From assembly GCA_019309485.1 (NCBI GenBank), contig JAFDGC010000016.1, positions 8,294 to 72,293 on the forward strand: 64,000 bases of DNA. Direction: 5' to 3'. Position numbers and translations under genes: made by a program. Position 1 is the first letter of the stretch. Each line of letters begins with the position of its first letter. The notes beneath the pieces were generated by a model. The model saw nothing but the letters and a program-made list of their open reading frames with translations. It did no database searches and had not been told where the DNA came from. Origin of the DNA: Deltaproteobacteria bacterium. Lineage in GTDB: Bacteria > Desulfobacterota > Desulfobacteria > Desulfobacterales > UBA2156. This document shows, piece after piece, positions 27,591 to 37,735 of the stretch.

Positions 27591-28904
27591 TCATCTATTT
27601 TTCAGGTTTTTCAGCCGGGCAGCCACGGATTGGCAATGGGCCGAAAGCCCCTCGATGCTAGCGAGTTTCATGACACTTTTGGCTTCCCGTAAAAATGCTT
27701 TCCTGGAATAGTAAATCAGGCTCGTTTTTTTGATAAAATGATCCACGGAAAGGGAGGAGGCAAAGCGGGCCGTTCCGGCCGTGGGGAGAACGTGGTTGGG
27801 GCCGGCGATATAATCCCCCATGGGTTCCGGGGAATAGGGGCCGACAAAGACCGCGCCGGCGTGCCGGATCCTCGAAAGATGCGCCATGGGATCTTCAATC
27901 AAAAGCTCCAGGTGCTCCGGTGCGATGCGGTTGGAAAGGTCAAAGGCGGTTGAAAGATCCGGCACCACCAGGATGAGGCCGTACCGCTCCAGGGCGTCCC
28001 GGGCGATGGCTTTTCGTTCCAGGGTATTGAGACGACCTTCGACGGTCTTTGAGACCTGATCCGCCAGTTCCCTGGAATCGGTGATGAGCATGGCCGAGGC
28101 CAGAACGTCGTGCTCGGCCTGGGAAAGGAGGTCTGCCGCGATAAATTCGGGATCGGCGCTTTCATCCGCCAGGATCAGGATCTCGCTGGGCCCGGCGATC
28201 ATGTCGATCCCCACCTCCCCGGTTAAAAGTTTTTTGGCCGCCGTCACGTAAACGTTGCCCGGTCCCACGATGACATCCACCTTGGGGATCGTCCCGGTAC
28301 CGTAGGCCAGGGCCGCGATCCCCCAGGCGCTTCCCGCCTTGAAGACCGCATCCGCGCCGGCCGTTTGCGCCGCCGCCAGAAGGTGAGGGTTGACCGAACC
28401 ATCCGGGGTGGGCGGCGTGACCATCACCACCTCCGGAACGCCTGCGATTCTTGCCGGAATCACCCCCATCAACACCGAGGAAACCAGAGGCGTCTTTCCC
28501 GCCGCGCCTCCCGGGACGTAAATCCCGGCCCGGTCCACGGGCCGCACGAGCTGGCCCAAAAAGGTCCCTTCCCGCTCCGCGTGGATGAAGGATCGGGGCC
28601 GCTGCAGGCGGTGAAAGGCCTCGATCTGGGCCTTGGCCGTTTTAAGGGATTTTAAAAATCCTGGGCTTATCCGGTTCCGGGCGGCTTTAAATTCTTCGGG
28701 CGTCACCCGAATCGATTCGACGGTCATATCCGATGCGTCGAAGCGCCGCGTGTAGGATAAAACAGCCTGGTCTCCGTTTCTCTTCACGTCCGCCAGGATC
28801 TTTTCAACCGCTGCCAGATCCTTTTTTCGGATGCGCAATCCACGGTGGACGATCTCCTCGATCCGCTTTTCCGCTGTCTTGTCGGCGATATGATACCATT
28901 TCAT
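27591..28904 (-). CDS. hisD: Histidinol dehydrogenase
   Basis: 437-aa ORF, family-typical throughout (e.g. IDMIAGPSEILILAD, SQAEHD, HLELL). Confidence 0.95.
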   Translation of the reverse strand: MKWYHIADKTAEKRIEEIVHRGLRIRKKDLAAVEKILADVKRNGDQAVLSYTRRFDASDMTVESIRVTPEEFKAARNRISPGFLKSLKTAKAQIEAFHRLQRPRSFIHAEREGTFLGQLVRPVDRAGIYVPGGAAGKTPLVSSVLMGVIPARIAGVPEVVMVTPPTPDGSVNPHLLAAAQTAGADAVFKAGSAWGIAALAYGTGTIPKVDVIVGPGNVYVTAAKKLLTGEVGIDMIAGPSEILILADESADPEFIAADLLSQAEHDVLASAMLITDSRELADQVSKTVEGRLNTLERKAIARDALERYGLILVVPDLSTAFDLSNRIAPEHLELLIEDPMAHLSRIRHAGAVFVGPYSPEPMGDYIAGPNHVLPTAGTARFASSLSVDHFIKKTSLIYYSRKAFLREAKSVMKLASIEGLSAHCQSVAARLKNLKNR

Positions 28905-29229
28905 GATGTGGTTCCTTTTACTTCCCTCTTTTATGATCCTTCCAATGAAGTCACCCGGCGGTCTTTATCCTCCTGCTTTTGCCATTGGAATGCTGTTTGA
29001 ATCCCTTTCTCCCCATTTGACGGCCTTTGTTGAGGATATTCCTTGCCCGTCAACCAGGGGTGGGGATAAAATTATCCTATTAACATTTTTTCGTGCAACT
29101 TGCACCCCTTGGCCCATGACCCCGGTCCCGACGCCCCCGTGAAGGAAAAAGGCCGTCACCGTTGACAGAACCTCAAGATCGACATAGAAGACGATACGGG
29201 TAAAAAGAGGTATAAATCAAAGATGGAGG

Positions 29230-30324
29230 ATGTCAATGAAATCACAACGGATTCACAACTTCAATGCAGGACCCGCGGCCCTTCCCCTGGAGGTTTTAAA
29301 AGAGGTTCAGGAGAACTTTTTGAATTTTTCCGGTTCCGGCATGTCGATCACCGAGATCAGCCACCGCTCCAAATGGTTCGAAGAGGTCATCCATGATGCA
29401 GTGACCCGGACGCGGCGACTCCTGAATCTGGACGACCGATTCCATGTGTTGTTCATTCAGGGGGGCGCCAGCCTGCAGTTTTGCTTGATCCCCATGAATT
29501 TTTTAAAAGACAATGAAAGCGCCGATTATATCAATACCGGGACCTGGTCCGCCAAGGCCATCAAGGAGGCCAAGATCCTGGGGAAGGCGGTGCGCGTGGC
29601 GGCGTCTTCCGAGGATGAAAATTTTTCTTATATCCCGGATCACATTTCCTTCGACAAGAATGCGGTGTATTGCCACATCACTTCCAACAACACCATCAAG
29701 GGGACCCAGTGGGCGCAGTTTCCGGATACGGGGACGGTTCCTCTCATCGCCGACATGTCTTCGGACATTTTCAGCCGGCGGTTCGATGCCGCGCCTTTTG
29801 GTTTGATTTATGCGGGGGCCCAGAAGAACGTGGGCCCGGCCGGCGTGTGCATGGTGATCGTGCGGAAAGACATGCTGGAAAAGGTCCCCGGGAACCTGCC
29901 CTCCATGCTCAAATACAGCACCTATGCGGAATCCAACTCCCTGTACAACACCCCTCCGTGTTTCGCCATTTACGTCATCCAATTGGTGTTGAAATGGCTG
30001 GAGGAAACCGTCGGCGGGCTGGAAAAAATGGAAACCGCCAACCGGGAAAAGGCGAAATTGCTTTACGATGTCCTGGATGGGGGCGAATTCTACCGGGGGA
30101 CGTCGAAACCCGGGAGCCGGTCTTTGATGAACGTGACCTTCCGGCTTCCTTCCGAGGAACTGGAGGCCCTTTTTGTCAAAGAAGCCCTGGAAAACGACCT
30201 GGGGGGCCTGAAGGGGCACCGGAGCGTGGGCGGGTGCCGCGCCTCGATCTATAACGCCACGAGTATGGATGCGGTCGGGGGCCTGGTGGATTTCATGAGG
30301 GCTTTTGAGAAGAAGCACGGATAA
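29230..30324 (+). CDS. serC: Phosphoserine aminotransferase
   Basis: IHNFNAGPAALPLEVL at the N-terminus. Length of 364 aa and a class V aminotransferase pattern. Confidence 0.9.
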   Translation: MSMKSQRIHNFNAGPAALPLEVLKEVQENFLNFSGSGMSITEISHRSKWFEEVIHDAVTRTRRLLNLDDRFHVLFIQGGASLQFCLIPMNFLKDNESADYINTGTWSAKAIKEAKILGKAVRVAASSEDENFSYIPDHISFDKNAVYCHITSNNTIKGTQWAQFPDTGTVPLIADMSSDIFSRRFDAAPFGLIYAGAQKNVGPAGVCMVIVRKDMLEKVPGNLPSMLKYSTYAESNSLYNTPPCFAIYVIQLVLKWLEETVGGLEKMETANREKAKLLYDVLDGGEFYRGTSKPGSRSLMNVTFRLPSEELEALFVKEALENDLGGLKGHRSVGGCRASIYNATSMDAVGGLVDFMRAFEKKHG

Positions 30325-30464
30325 GGCGGATCTTGACTTTTGGGGCCCGAATCGATACGCTGCAGACCGCATGAAGGATAAAAGCGTTTATCGAGGCCCG
30401 GAGAATTCCGGATGCCGGATGTCCACAACGTACAAAAAATTCAGCGTCGGGGAAAGGAGGCAAC

Positions 30465-32149
30465 ATGGACAAGATCTTGAGGATCGACATGGGGGCCGAT
30501 GGCGGCCCGAAAACCACAGTGACGGATCTTGGGGCGTATGCCGGCCTCGGGGGGCGCGCCATGACGTCGGCCATTGTTTCCAAGGAAGTGCCGCCTCTTT
30601 GCCACCCCCTGGGGGCCGACAACAAGTTTGTGGTCGCGCCGGGGCTTTTGAGCGGCACCACCGCCGCCATGTCCGGAAGGATTTCGGTGGGGTGCAAAAG
30701 CCCGCTCACCGGCGGCATCAAGGAAGCCAACGCGGGGGGGCAGCCCTCCCAGATGCTTGCCCGCCTGGGGTATGCGGCCATCGTCCTGGAAGGAAAGCCC
30801 AGGGATGACACGTTGTATAAAATCCTGATCAACAAGGACGGCGTCAAGATCGCGCCGGACAACAGCCTCAAGACCCTGGGCAACTATGACGTGGTGGAAA
30901 AGATGAAAGGCGAGTTCGGAGAAAAAATCGCCTGCATTTCCATCGGCCCGGCCGGGGAGATGAAGATGGCCGCCGCATCCGTGGCCTGCACCGACATGGA
31001 ACAACGCCCCACCCGGCACTGCGGCCGCGGCGGGGTGGGGGCCGTCATGGGGTCCAAGGGTGTCAAGGTCATCGTGATCGACGATGAAGGTGCCGCCATG
31101 CGCAAGCCCAAGGATCCGGAAAAATTCAAGGAAGCCAACCGGACCTTCGTGGCGGGCTTGAAAAAGCATCCCGTTTCCGGACAGGGCCTTCCCGCATACG
31201 GGACCAACGTGCTGACCAATGTCATCAACGAGGCGGGCGGATACCCCACCCGAAACTTCAAGACCGGCCAATTCGAGGGTGCCGCCAAGATCAGCGGGCG
31301 GCGAAGGGTCGGCCACCCATGGATGCCACCGGGGATGCATTATCCGGTGCTCGGGGACCTTTTACGACAAGGATGGGAACTACGTCACCAAGCAGCCCGA
31401 ATACGAGACGGTCTGGGCCCATGGCGGCAACTGCGGTATCGACGACCTGGACGCCATCGCCCAGATCGACCGGCTCGACGATGACTACGGACTCGACACC
31501 ATCGAGATGGGGGCCACCATCGGCGTGGCCATGGAGGCCGGATTGGCCCAGTTCGGGGACGCCCAGGCCGCCATCAACCTGGTCAAGGAAGTGGGGAAGG
31601 GGACGGACCTGGGGCGCATCCTCGGCAACGGGGCTGCGGTCACCGGAAAGGTCTTTGGCGTGGAACGGGTTCCTGTGGTCAAAGGACAGGCCATGCCGGC
31701 CTATGACCCGCGGACGGTCCAGGGGATCGGCGTGACTTATGCCACGTCCATACGCCGTGGCCACAAACATCCTGGGGGTGGGGGGCAGCGTGGATCCGTT
31801 GAAACCGGCAGGCCAGGTGGAACTCTCCCGGAACCTCCAGATCACCACCGCGGCCGTAGACGCCGCCGGCATGTGCATCTTCATCGCGTTTCCGGCCTTG
31901 GATCAGCCCGAGACCTTCCAGGCCCTCATCGATATGATCAACGCCTTTTACGGCATGAGTCTGACGGCGGACGATGTGGCCGAACTGGGTAAATCGATCC
32001 TGAAAAACGAAAGGGAGTTCAACAAAGCGGCGGGGTTCACCCCCCAGCATGACCGGCTCCCCGACTATTTCAAGAAAGAAAAGCTGCCGCCCCACAACAT
32101 CACCTTCCAGGTGAAAGACGAGGAACTGGACCAGCTGTTCAACTGGTAG
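30465..32149 (+). pseudogene. aor: Tungsten-type aldehyde:ferredoxin oxidoreductase (AOR family) split over three reading frames
   Basis: Frame a (30465-) reads MDKILRIDMG...GRISVGCKSPLTGGIKEANAGG...NFKTGQFEGAAKISG. Frame b (from about 31297) reads GGEGSATHGCHRGCIIRCSG...VPVVKGQAMPAYDPRTVQGIGVTYATS. Frame c (from about 31751) reads YAVATNILGVGGSVDPLKPAGQVELSRNLQITTAAVDAAGMC...DQLFNW. Junctions lie near 31296 and 31750. Confidence 0.8.
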
Positions 32150-32174
32150 ACCGAGGACACTTTAAAGGAGATTC

Positions 32175-32203
32175 GGGGAAGCCTTTCGGCTTCCCCGTTT
32201 TTT
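32175..32203 (+). terminator. Rho-independent terminator after aor
   Basis: GGGGAAGC (32175-32182), loop CTTTCG, GCTTCCCC (32189-32196), followed by GTTTTTT. Confidence 0.75.
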
Positions 32204-32210
32204 ATCGACC

Positions 32211-32831
32211 ATGAAAATCACCATCACCGCAAAAGGCCTGAGGCCGTTCCTGCGGCTCCTGCAAACCGGGATGATCCTGCGGGTGCCCCAAGGCACCTCG
32301 GTACGGGAGACACTGGTAAAGCATTTCGGGATGGATCCCGCTTACCTGGAGAATCGAATCCAGACCCTGTTTCTAAACGGGAAGCGGAAGCCCGTGGACG
32401 ACTTGGACGCCGCCGTTGTGGCGGAGGGATCGGTCCTGGCCCTTTCCGCGGCCATGCCCGGCCTGGTGGGCGCCACCCTGCGGCGGGGCAGCTATTTGGC
32501 GGCCATGCGCCAGTGCATTGAAGCAGGCGCACCCCCCCCGGGAACCGGTAAAACCCCGGTGCGGGTGACCGTCAAGCTGTTCAACATGGTGGCAAAGGAG
32601 CTGGGTCCGGAGCGGTTGACGGCCGGCATCGTTGTGGACGGATCGACGTTTCACGCCTTTTTAAAAGACGAAGAAGCGGTGCTCCGGAAAGACGGGCTGA
32701 AGATCACGGTGGACGCCTGCCTGCGTCGCGAACGCGGCAGGCAGGGCGGCCCTGTTTCGCTGCCGGACGTATTGTCCATGGATTTAAGGGGAAAGGATCT
32801 CTTCCTGAGAATCGACGCGGCCGCTTCATGA
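32211..32831 (+). CDS. Hypothetical protein (206 aa)
   Basis: Long ORF with protein-like composition and no recognisable family. Its ATG lies 8 nt after the terminator T-run with no SD, so expression or the start site is uncertain. Its last roughly 40 codons are duplicated at 37522-37643. Confidence 0.5.
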   Translation: MKITITAKGLRPFLRLLQTGMILRVPQGTSVRETLVKHFGMDPAYLENRIQTLFLNGKRKPVDDLDAAVVAEGSVLALSAAMPGLVGATLRRGSYLAAMRQCIEAGAPPPGTGKTPVRVTVKLFNMVAKELGPERLTAGIVVDGSTFHAFLKDEEAVLRKDGLKITVDACLRRERGRQGGPVSLPDVLSMDLRGKDLFLRIDAAAS

Positions 32832-32908
32832 CGCTTTTTAAACCGGCGTTACGATTTCATCCCTGTTGACCAAAAGGGGGCCCCCGTCTTGCGGTCTCAC
32901 CCCCCCTT
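32710..32908 (+). repeat. Direct repeat copy 1 (about 198 bp): 3' end of ORF 32211-32831 plus downstream hairpin
   Basis: Aligns base-for-base with 37522-37719. About 10 differences are visible by eye, including one small indel in a G/C run. Confidence 0.9.
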
Positions 32909-32919
32909 CAGCCTATTTC

Positions 32920-33447
32920 AATCTTGTTTCACGGGATCCAAAAGCGGTTCCCGGCGCCGCAGTCGCCATACAGACCTTCGGGGATTTCTTGGGATTCAAT
33001 CCCCATCTCCATGTGCTGATTTCAGACGGGTCTTTCCACGAAGGCGACATGCTCACCGTGGCCCCCACGATCGATACCCAGGCCCTGGAACGCCTCTTCC
33101 GACACCATGAGCTCAAGATGCTTTTGAAAAAGGGCAAGATCACCCGGGACATGATCGCCCTCTTGGATAAATGGCGCCATACCGGGTTCAACGTTTACTA
33201 CGGCCCAAGGATCCTTCCCCGGTAAAAAACATCCATGTAAAATCCGGCCAGGTACGTCATCCGGGCGTCGTTCTCCCAGGAGCGGATGACGTATGTTCCG
33301 GAAGCCGGGTCCGTGATCTATCAATCCACCAAGGCCGTCGCCCACGCCCCGCCGATCATTCAATCGCCTGCATACGACGACATCCCTCAGCCTTCCCCCG
33401 AGGACTTCATCGCCGATCCGATTTATCCACTGGATGCCTATTCCTGA
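32920..33447 (+). pseudogene. IS91-family transposase remnant (5'-truncated, in-frame stops, internal deletion)
   Basis: AVAIQTFGDFLGFNPHLHVLISDGSFHEG...LLDKWRHTGFNVYYGPRILPR, then a stop, then NPARYVIRASFSQERMTYVPEAGSVIYQSTKA joined directly to the tail APPIIQSPAYDDIPQPSPEDFIADPIYPLDAYS. The tail is about 85 percent identical by eye at DNA level to 22219-22310 on the opposite strand. Confidence 0.75.
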
Positions 33448-33716
33448 AAAACCCGCCGGCGCTGATCCGTCGAACTGTGCCCGAATCGGCCCAAATAAGG
33501 GTCATCTGCCGAGAAATTTTCGATTGACAGCGCATTCATCTTCATTTAAATAATGGTAAGCTCCCATATCTTGGCGTGTAGATGTCGGCAATACACAATC
33601 AATTCTCGTGCTTGATCCGTTCGCAAAAAAGCAAGTTCTTATCCATATCCATCAGAGCTTCCACAGGCACAACCAGACACTAATCTCAGAGGCATTTTGA
33701 AAACCGGGAAAAAAGC

Positions 33717-34778
33717 ATGATGAGAAACAACAATTCGATCAAACAGGACGCTTCGATCAATGCGTGGAAATCTTTAACATCTCCCAACCTGCTGCGGCTT
33801 CTTTTGGTCATCGCGGGCTTCTTCATCGGTGGTCTTGTTCTTTGCGGCTGCGGGTCAAATGAACCTCAGGCAAGGAAAAAACTGGCCGTTGGAGTTTCCA
33901 AATCCTTTTTGTCTATTCCCGTGTATATCGCTCAAGAAAGCGGCGTCTTTAGCGAGGAAGCGCTTGACGTCACACTGAAAGAATATCCCAGCGGCAAAAT
34001 GGCCATTGAGGCCCTGTTCGCCGGGGAGGTTGACCTGTCGACTGTCGCGGACATGCCGATTGTGCTTAATAGCTTCAAGAGACATGATTTTTGCCTCCTG
34101 ACAAGTTTCACGCAGTCATTTCAAATGGTCAAGATCATCACCCGAAAGGACGCCGGGATCAAGAAGGGGGACGATCTAAGGGGCAAGAAAGTGGGAGCAA
34201 ACCCGGGAACGTCAAGCCATTTTTTTCTCGCGGTGTTTCTGCTCCATAATGGCTTAGAAATGAACGACATAAAAATGGTTCCGATAAAAACGGTTGATTT
34301 ACCGGATGCATTGAAAAACAACCAGGTGGATGCAATCTCCGTTTGGAAGCCTTATGACCAGAAAGCGATCCGCCTTTTAGAGAATAATGCATTGGAACTG
34401 CCCAGTTCTGAAATCTACAGAACAACTTTCAGCTTTGCGGCCATGAAGGATTTTGTTGAACCACATCTGGAAACCATGAAGCGTTTTCTAAGAGCCATTG
34501 ACAGGGCGGCCACATTTGCAATCAAGAACAGGCAGAAGGCTCAAGGCATAATAGCCGCAAGTTTTAACCTGGACGAAAACCGAGTGTCCGGTATCTGGAA
34601 CGATTTCGCGTTCAGACTTACATTGGATCAGTCCTTATTGATCAGCTGGGATGAAATAGCGAGATGGGCCATCGAGAACAAGCTCACTGACAAAAAAGAG
34701 ATCCCAAATTATCTAAACTACATTTGCCCCGAAGCTTTAGATGCTATCAAACCTGAAGCAGATACGATCATACACTAG
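33717..34778 (+). CDS. Lipoprotein, ABC-type substrate-binding protein of the NMT1/SsuA/TauA-like family
   Basis: Lipobox LVLCGCGS and a periplasmic binding-protein pattern (KLAVGVSKSFLSIPVYIAQESGVF...GKKVGANPGTSSHFFL). Confidence 0.8.
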   Translation: MMRNNNSIKQDASINAWKSLTSPNLLRLLLVIAGFFIGGLVLCGCGSNEPQARKKLAVGVSKSFLSIPVYIAQESGVFSEEALDVTLKEYPSGKMAIEALFAGEVDLSTVADMPIVLNSFKRHDFCLLTSFTQSFQMVKIITRKDAGIKKGDDLRGKKVGANPGTSSHFFLAVFLLHNGLEMNDIKMVPIKTVDLPDALKNNQVDAISVWKPYDQKAIRLLENNALELPSSEIYRTTFSFAAMKDFVEPHLETMKRFLRAIDRAATFAIKNRQKAQGIIAASFNLDENRVSGIWNDFAFRLTLDQSLLISWDEIARWAIENKLTDKKEIPNYLNYICPEALDAIKPEADTIIH

Positions 34779-34787
34779 AAGCTCGCG

Positions 34788-37094
34788 ATGAAGATTCAAA
34801 CCAGATTAAAGATTGGCGTTGTGTTATCTGTTGTTCTTGCCGTGACGGTGGGGGCCCTGGTATTCGCTTCGGCTCGATCGGTGAAAAAGGCGGAGGTCGA
34901 AACTGAGAAAATCACTGAAATCATTAGTGGCATTAGCGCATTGCAAAACATAGCCCACGAGTATTCACATTATTTCGGGGAAAGATCTCTGATCCAGTCG
35001 CAACTGGTGTACGATTCTTTATTAGAGCTTCTCAGTGAATGGCGTTTCAGTGATCATGAAAAAAGAATCACAGCCGATCATATAATCAGAGATCTGAAAA
35101 GCTTTAAGGCCGATTTTTTCCGACTCGCCGCGGTCGAAAACAATATATGGGACTCCGGCAGACAGGGGAACGCGTCCGAACAGGAACTCAAAGAAAGATT
35201 GACGGTTCAACTGATGGTAAAACTGCAGGCAGCGACATCACTCGCCCTCCAGTTGCAAGGGGAAATCCAGTCTGATTTGTCTTCAACATTATATCGAAAT
35301 TCGGTGGCAATTGCGTGTTACCTTTCTTCGCTCACCGGGCTCATCGTGGGCATCCTGTTCTGGGTGAGAAGCAGCTTAGCCAAGCCGATAACAAATCTTC
35401 AGGAAGGCATCCGACGGATCGGAGCGGGCCATTTGGATCATCAGGTCGGCACCGACGCAACAGACGAGATCGGCGAACTGTCGAGGGCCTTTGATCTGAT
35501 GACGAAGGACTTGAAGAGATCTACCGCTTCAATCGTCGATCTCAACAGGGAGATCGCCGAGCGGAAAAAGGTGGAACAGGCGCTTCGAGAAAGCGAATGG
35601 AAGTATCGAAGGATTCTTGAAACCACGTCAGAGGGATGCTGGATGCTCGATCCTCAACTGAAGACCATTGAAGTCAATGACTCTCTTTGCAAAATGCTGG
35701 GCTACAGTCGAGGCGAAATGCTCGGCAAGACACCCTTTGAATTCGTCGATGAGGAGAACCGAAAGATTTTTGTTGAGCAGACATCAAAGATACCCGGGAC
35801 CAGCCACCGGAGTTATGAAATCAAGCTGAAAAAAAAGAATGGAGAAGATTTAAGCGTATGGTTTAATGCGACAACTATCAAGGATGAGCAGGGTAATGTA
35901 CAAAGTGCCTTTGCATTTGTTACCGATACAACGGAACGGAAACGTCTCGAAGCCCAGCTTCTCCAGGCCCAGAAGATGGTATCCGTGGGGCGGTTGGCGG
36001 GCGGAGTGGCGCATGACTTCAACAACATGCTGGGGGTGATCATTGGCCATACCGAGCTGGCCATAGATCAGGTAGATCCTTCTTTGCCGCTGCATGCGGA
36101 TCTCAAGGAGATCCTGAAGGCTGCGCAGCGTTCGGCCGATTTAACACGGCAACTCTTGGCGTTTGCCCGCCGGCAGACGGCGGCACCCCGGGTTCTCGAT
36201 TTAAACGACACGATAGGCGGAATGCTCAAAATGCTGCGACGGCTCATCGGCGAGGACATCGAACTGGCTTGGATGCCAGGAGCCGGCATCTGGCCGGTCA
36301 AGATCGACCCCGGCCAGGTAGACCAGATCCTGGCCAATTTGTGCGTCAATGCCCGGGACGCCATAGCCGGTGTGGGCAAGATCACCATCGAAACGCATAA
36401 CATTGTGCTGGATGAAACGTATTGCACAGATCACCCGGGATTCGTCCCGGGGGAATACGTGATGTTGACGGTAAGCGATAACGGGTGTGGCATGAATAAA
36501 GAGACCCTGGCCAATATTTTCGAGCCCTTTTTCACCACCAAAGAAGTGGGAGAGGGGACAGGCATGGGCCTTTCCACGGTTTACGGGATCGTAAAACAGA
36601 ACGATGGGTTCATCAATGTCTACAGCGAACCAGGCCAGGGCGCTGCGTTCAAGATCTATATCCCCCGAACAAAAAGGGCCGAAAAAGTAACAGAAAAATA
36701 CGTTGAACCGGCTATCCCCAAAGGGACCGAGACCGTGCTCTTGGTGGAAGACGAGGCGCCCGTACTCGCTCTAGGAAAAACCGTGCTTGAGCGGTTCGGC
36801 TACACGGTGTTGGGGGCGCTTACGCCTTTGGAAGCGCTTGCCATGGCCAAGGAACACAAGGGCCCGATCCACCTGCTGATCACGGATATAGTGATGCCTG
36901 AGATGAACGGCAAGGAGTTAAAAACACGTATCGAGAAGCTCAAACCGGATATCGAAGTCTTGTACATGTCCGGCTATCCTGCTGATGTCATCGTGCATCG
37001 GGGCATTCTCGAAGACAATGTTCATTTCCTCGAAAAACCCTTTTCGATCAATTCCCTGCTCGGCAAGGTGCGTGAGGTGCTAGATCAAACATGA
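34788..37094 (+). CDS. Hybrid sensor histidine kinase (TM, HAMP, PAS, HisKA, HATPase_c, REC)
   Basis: HAMP-like [23 protein letters not shown] ([13 protein letters not shown]), H-box [14 protein letters not shown] boxes ([20 protein letters not shown]), and a receiver domain (VLLVEDE...[13 protein letters not shown]...KP). Confidence 0.9.
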   Translation: MKIQTRLKIGVVLSVVLAVTVGALVFASARSVKKAEVETEKITEIISGISALQNIAHEYSHYFGERSLIQSQLVYDSLLELLSEWRFSDHEKRITADHIIRDLKSFKADFFRLAAVENNIWDSGRQGNASEQELKERLTVQLMVKLQAATSLALQLQGEIQSDLSSTLYRNSVAIACYLSSLTGLIVGILFWVRSSLAKPITNLQEGIRRIGAGHLDHQVGTDATDEIGELSRAFDLMTKDLKRSTASIVDLNREIAERKKVEQALRESEWKYRRILETTSEGCWMLDPQLKTIEVNDSLCKMLGYSRGEMLGKTPFEFVDEENRKIFVEQTSKIPGTSHRSYEIKLKKKNGEDLSVWFNATTIKDEQGNVQSAFAFVTDTTERKRLEAQLLQAQKMVSVGRLAGGVAHDFNNMLGVIIGHTELAIDQVDPSLPLHADLKEILKAAQRSADLTRQLLAFARRQTAAPRVLDLNDTIGGMLKMLRRLIGEDIELAWMPGAGIWPVKIDPGQVDQILANLCVNARDAIAGVGKITIETHNIVLDETYCTDHPGFVPGEYVMLTVSDNGCGMNKETLANIFEPFFTTKEVGEGTGMGLSTVYGIVKQNDGFINVYSEPGQGAAFKIYIPRTKRAEKVTEKYVEPAIPKGTETVLLVEDEAPVLALGKTVLERFGYTVLGALTPLEALAMAKEHKGPIHLLITDIVMPEMNGKELKTRIEKLKPDIEVLYMSGYPADVIVHRGILEDNVHFLEKPFSINSLLGKVREVLDQT

Positions 37095-37130
37095 GGATAA
37101 AATGGCCTTGCCGGTTATGCTCTCCCGGCA

Positions 37131-37508
37131 TTGAGTTGCTTACCCCTGATCCAAATTGTTCTCGGCACCTCAAAACCATGTCCCGAAGATAACTTTTCCC
37201 TACATGAGCGGCTTTCCAGCCGGGCTTATAACGTGGTTGACTGTATTCACAAACCGGCGAGTGATGAAGGGGAAGGATGCAATCGGCTTGCCCTGCTTCA
37301 ATCCGGCAGTCGCGGGTATCCCACTCCGAAGCTTCGAAAAGCGATAGTGTTGCAACGGGTGAACGAATATGGCGTCGCTCTGGCTGAAACGGCAAGGCGG
37401 TTGGGCATTTCGGCCTTCGGCGTCGCACAGCTATTGGAAAGGGGCGCGAGCATTCCCATTGTTCCTTTCCCTACAGGACACACCGAGGCTCACTCTTGTG
37501 ATGATTGA
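37131..37508 (+). pseudogene. Possible remnant of the C-terminal HTH part of a Y1/DnaA-C-like transposase paralogue
   Basis: Residues LALLQSGSRGYPTPKLRKAIVLQRVNEYGVALAETARRLGISAFGVAQLLERG (37287-37445) follow the same pattern as the C-terminus of the 24126-25151 protein. No N-terminal HUH domain is present. The similarity was judged by eye only. Confidence 0.3.
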
Positions 37509-37521
37509 TCCCGAGTCTGAA

Positions 37522-37719
37522 TGGACGCCTGCCTGCGTCGCGAACGCGACAGGCAGGGCGGCCCTGTTTCGCTGCCGGACGTATTGTCCATGGATTTGAG
37601 GGGAAAGGATCTCTTCCTGAGAATCGACGCGGCCGCTTCATGACGCTTTTTAAGCCGGTGCTACGATTTCATCCCTGTTGACCAAAAGGGGGGTGCCCGT
37701 CTTGCGGTTTCACCCCCTT
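37522..37719 (+). repeat. Direct repeat copy 2 (about 198 bp)
   Basis: See copy 1. It contains an orphan in-frame copy of the last codons (...DACLRRERDRQGGPVSLPDVLSMDLRGKDLFLRIDAAAS stop) and the hairpin. Confidence 0.9.
37689..37717 (-). terminator. Hairpin between the repeat and the thiolase gene; likely terminator of the fad operon (possibly bidirectional)
   Basis: GGGGGTG (37689-37695) / CACCCCC (37711-37717). On the minus strand it is followed by CTTTTGG. It lies 19 nt after the thiolase stop. Confidence 0.5.
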
Positions 37720-37735
37720 ACAACCGAAGGTTCCT

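Noticed and set aside
33530-33716. A possible TPP or other riboswitch upstream of the NMT1/THI5-like binding protein gene.
   Set aside because: No CUGAGA/ACCUGAUCUGGAUAAUGCCAGCG-type conserved elements are visible. Only a plausible TTGACA promoter box near 33525 was seen.
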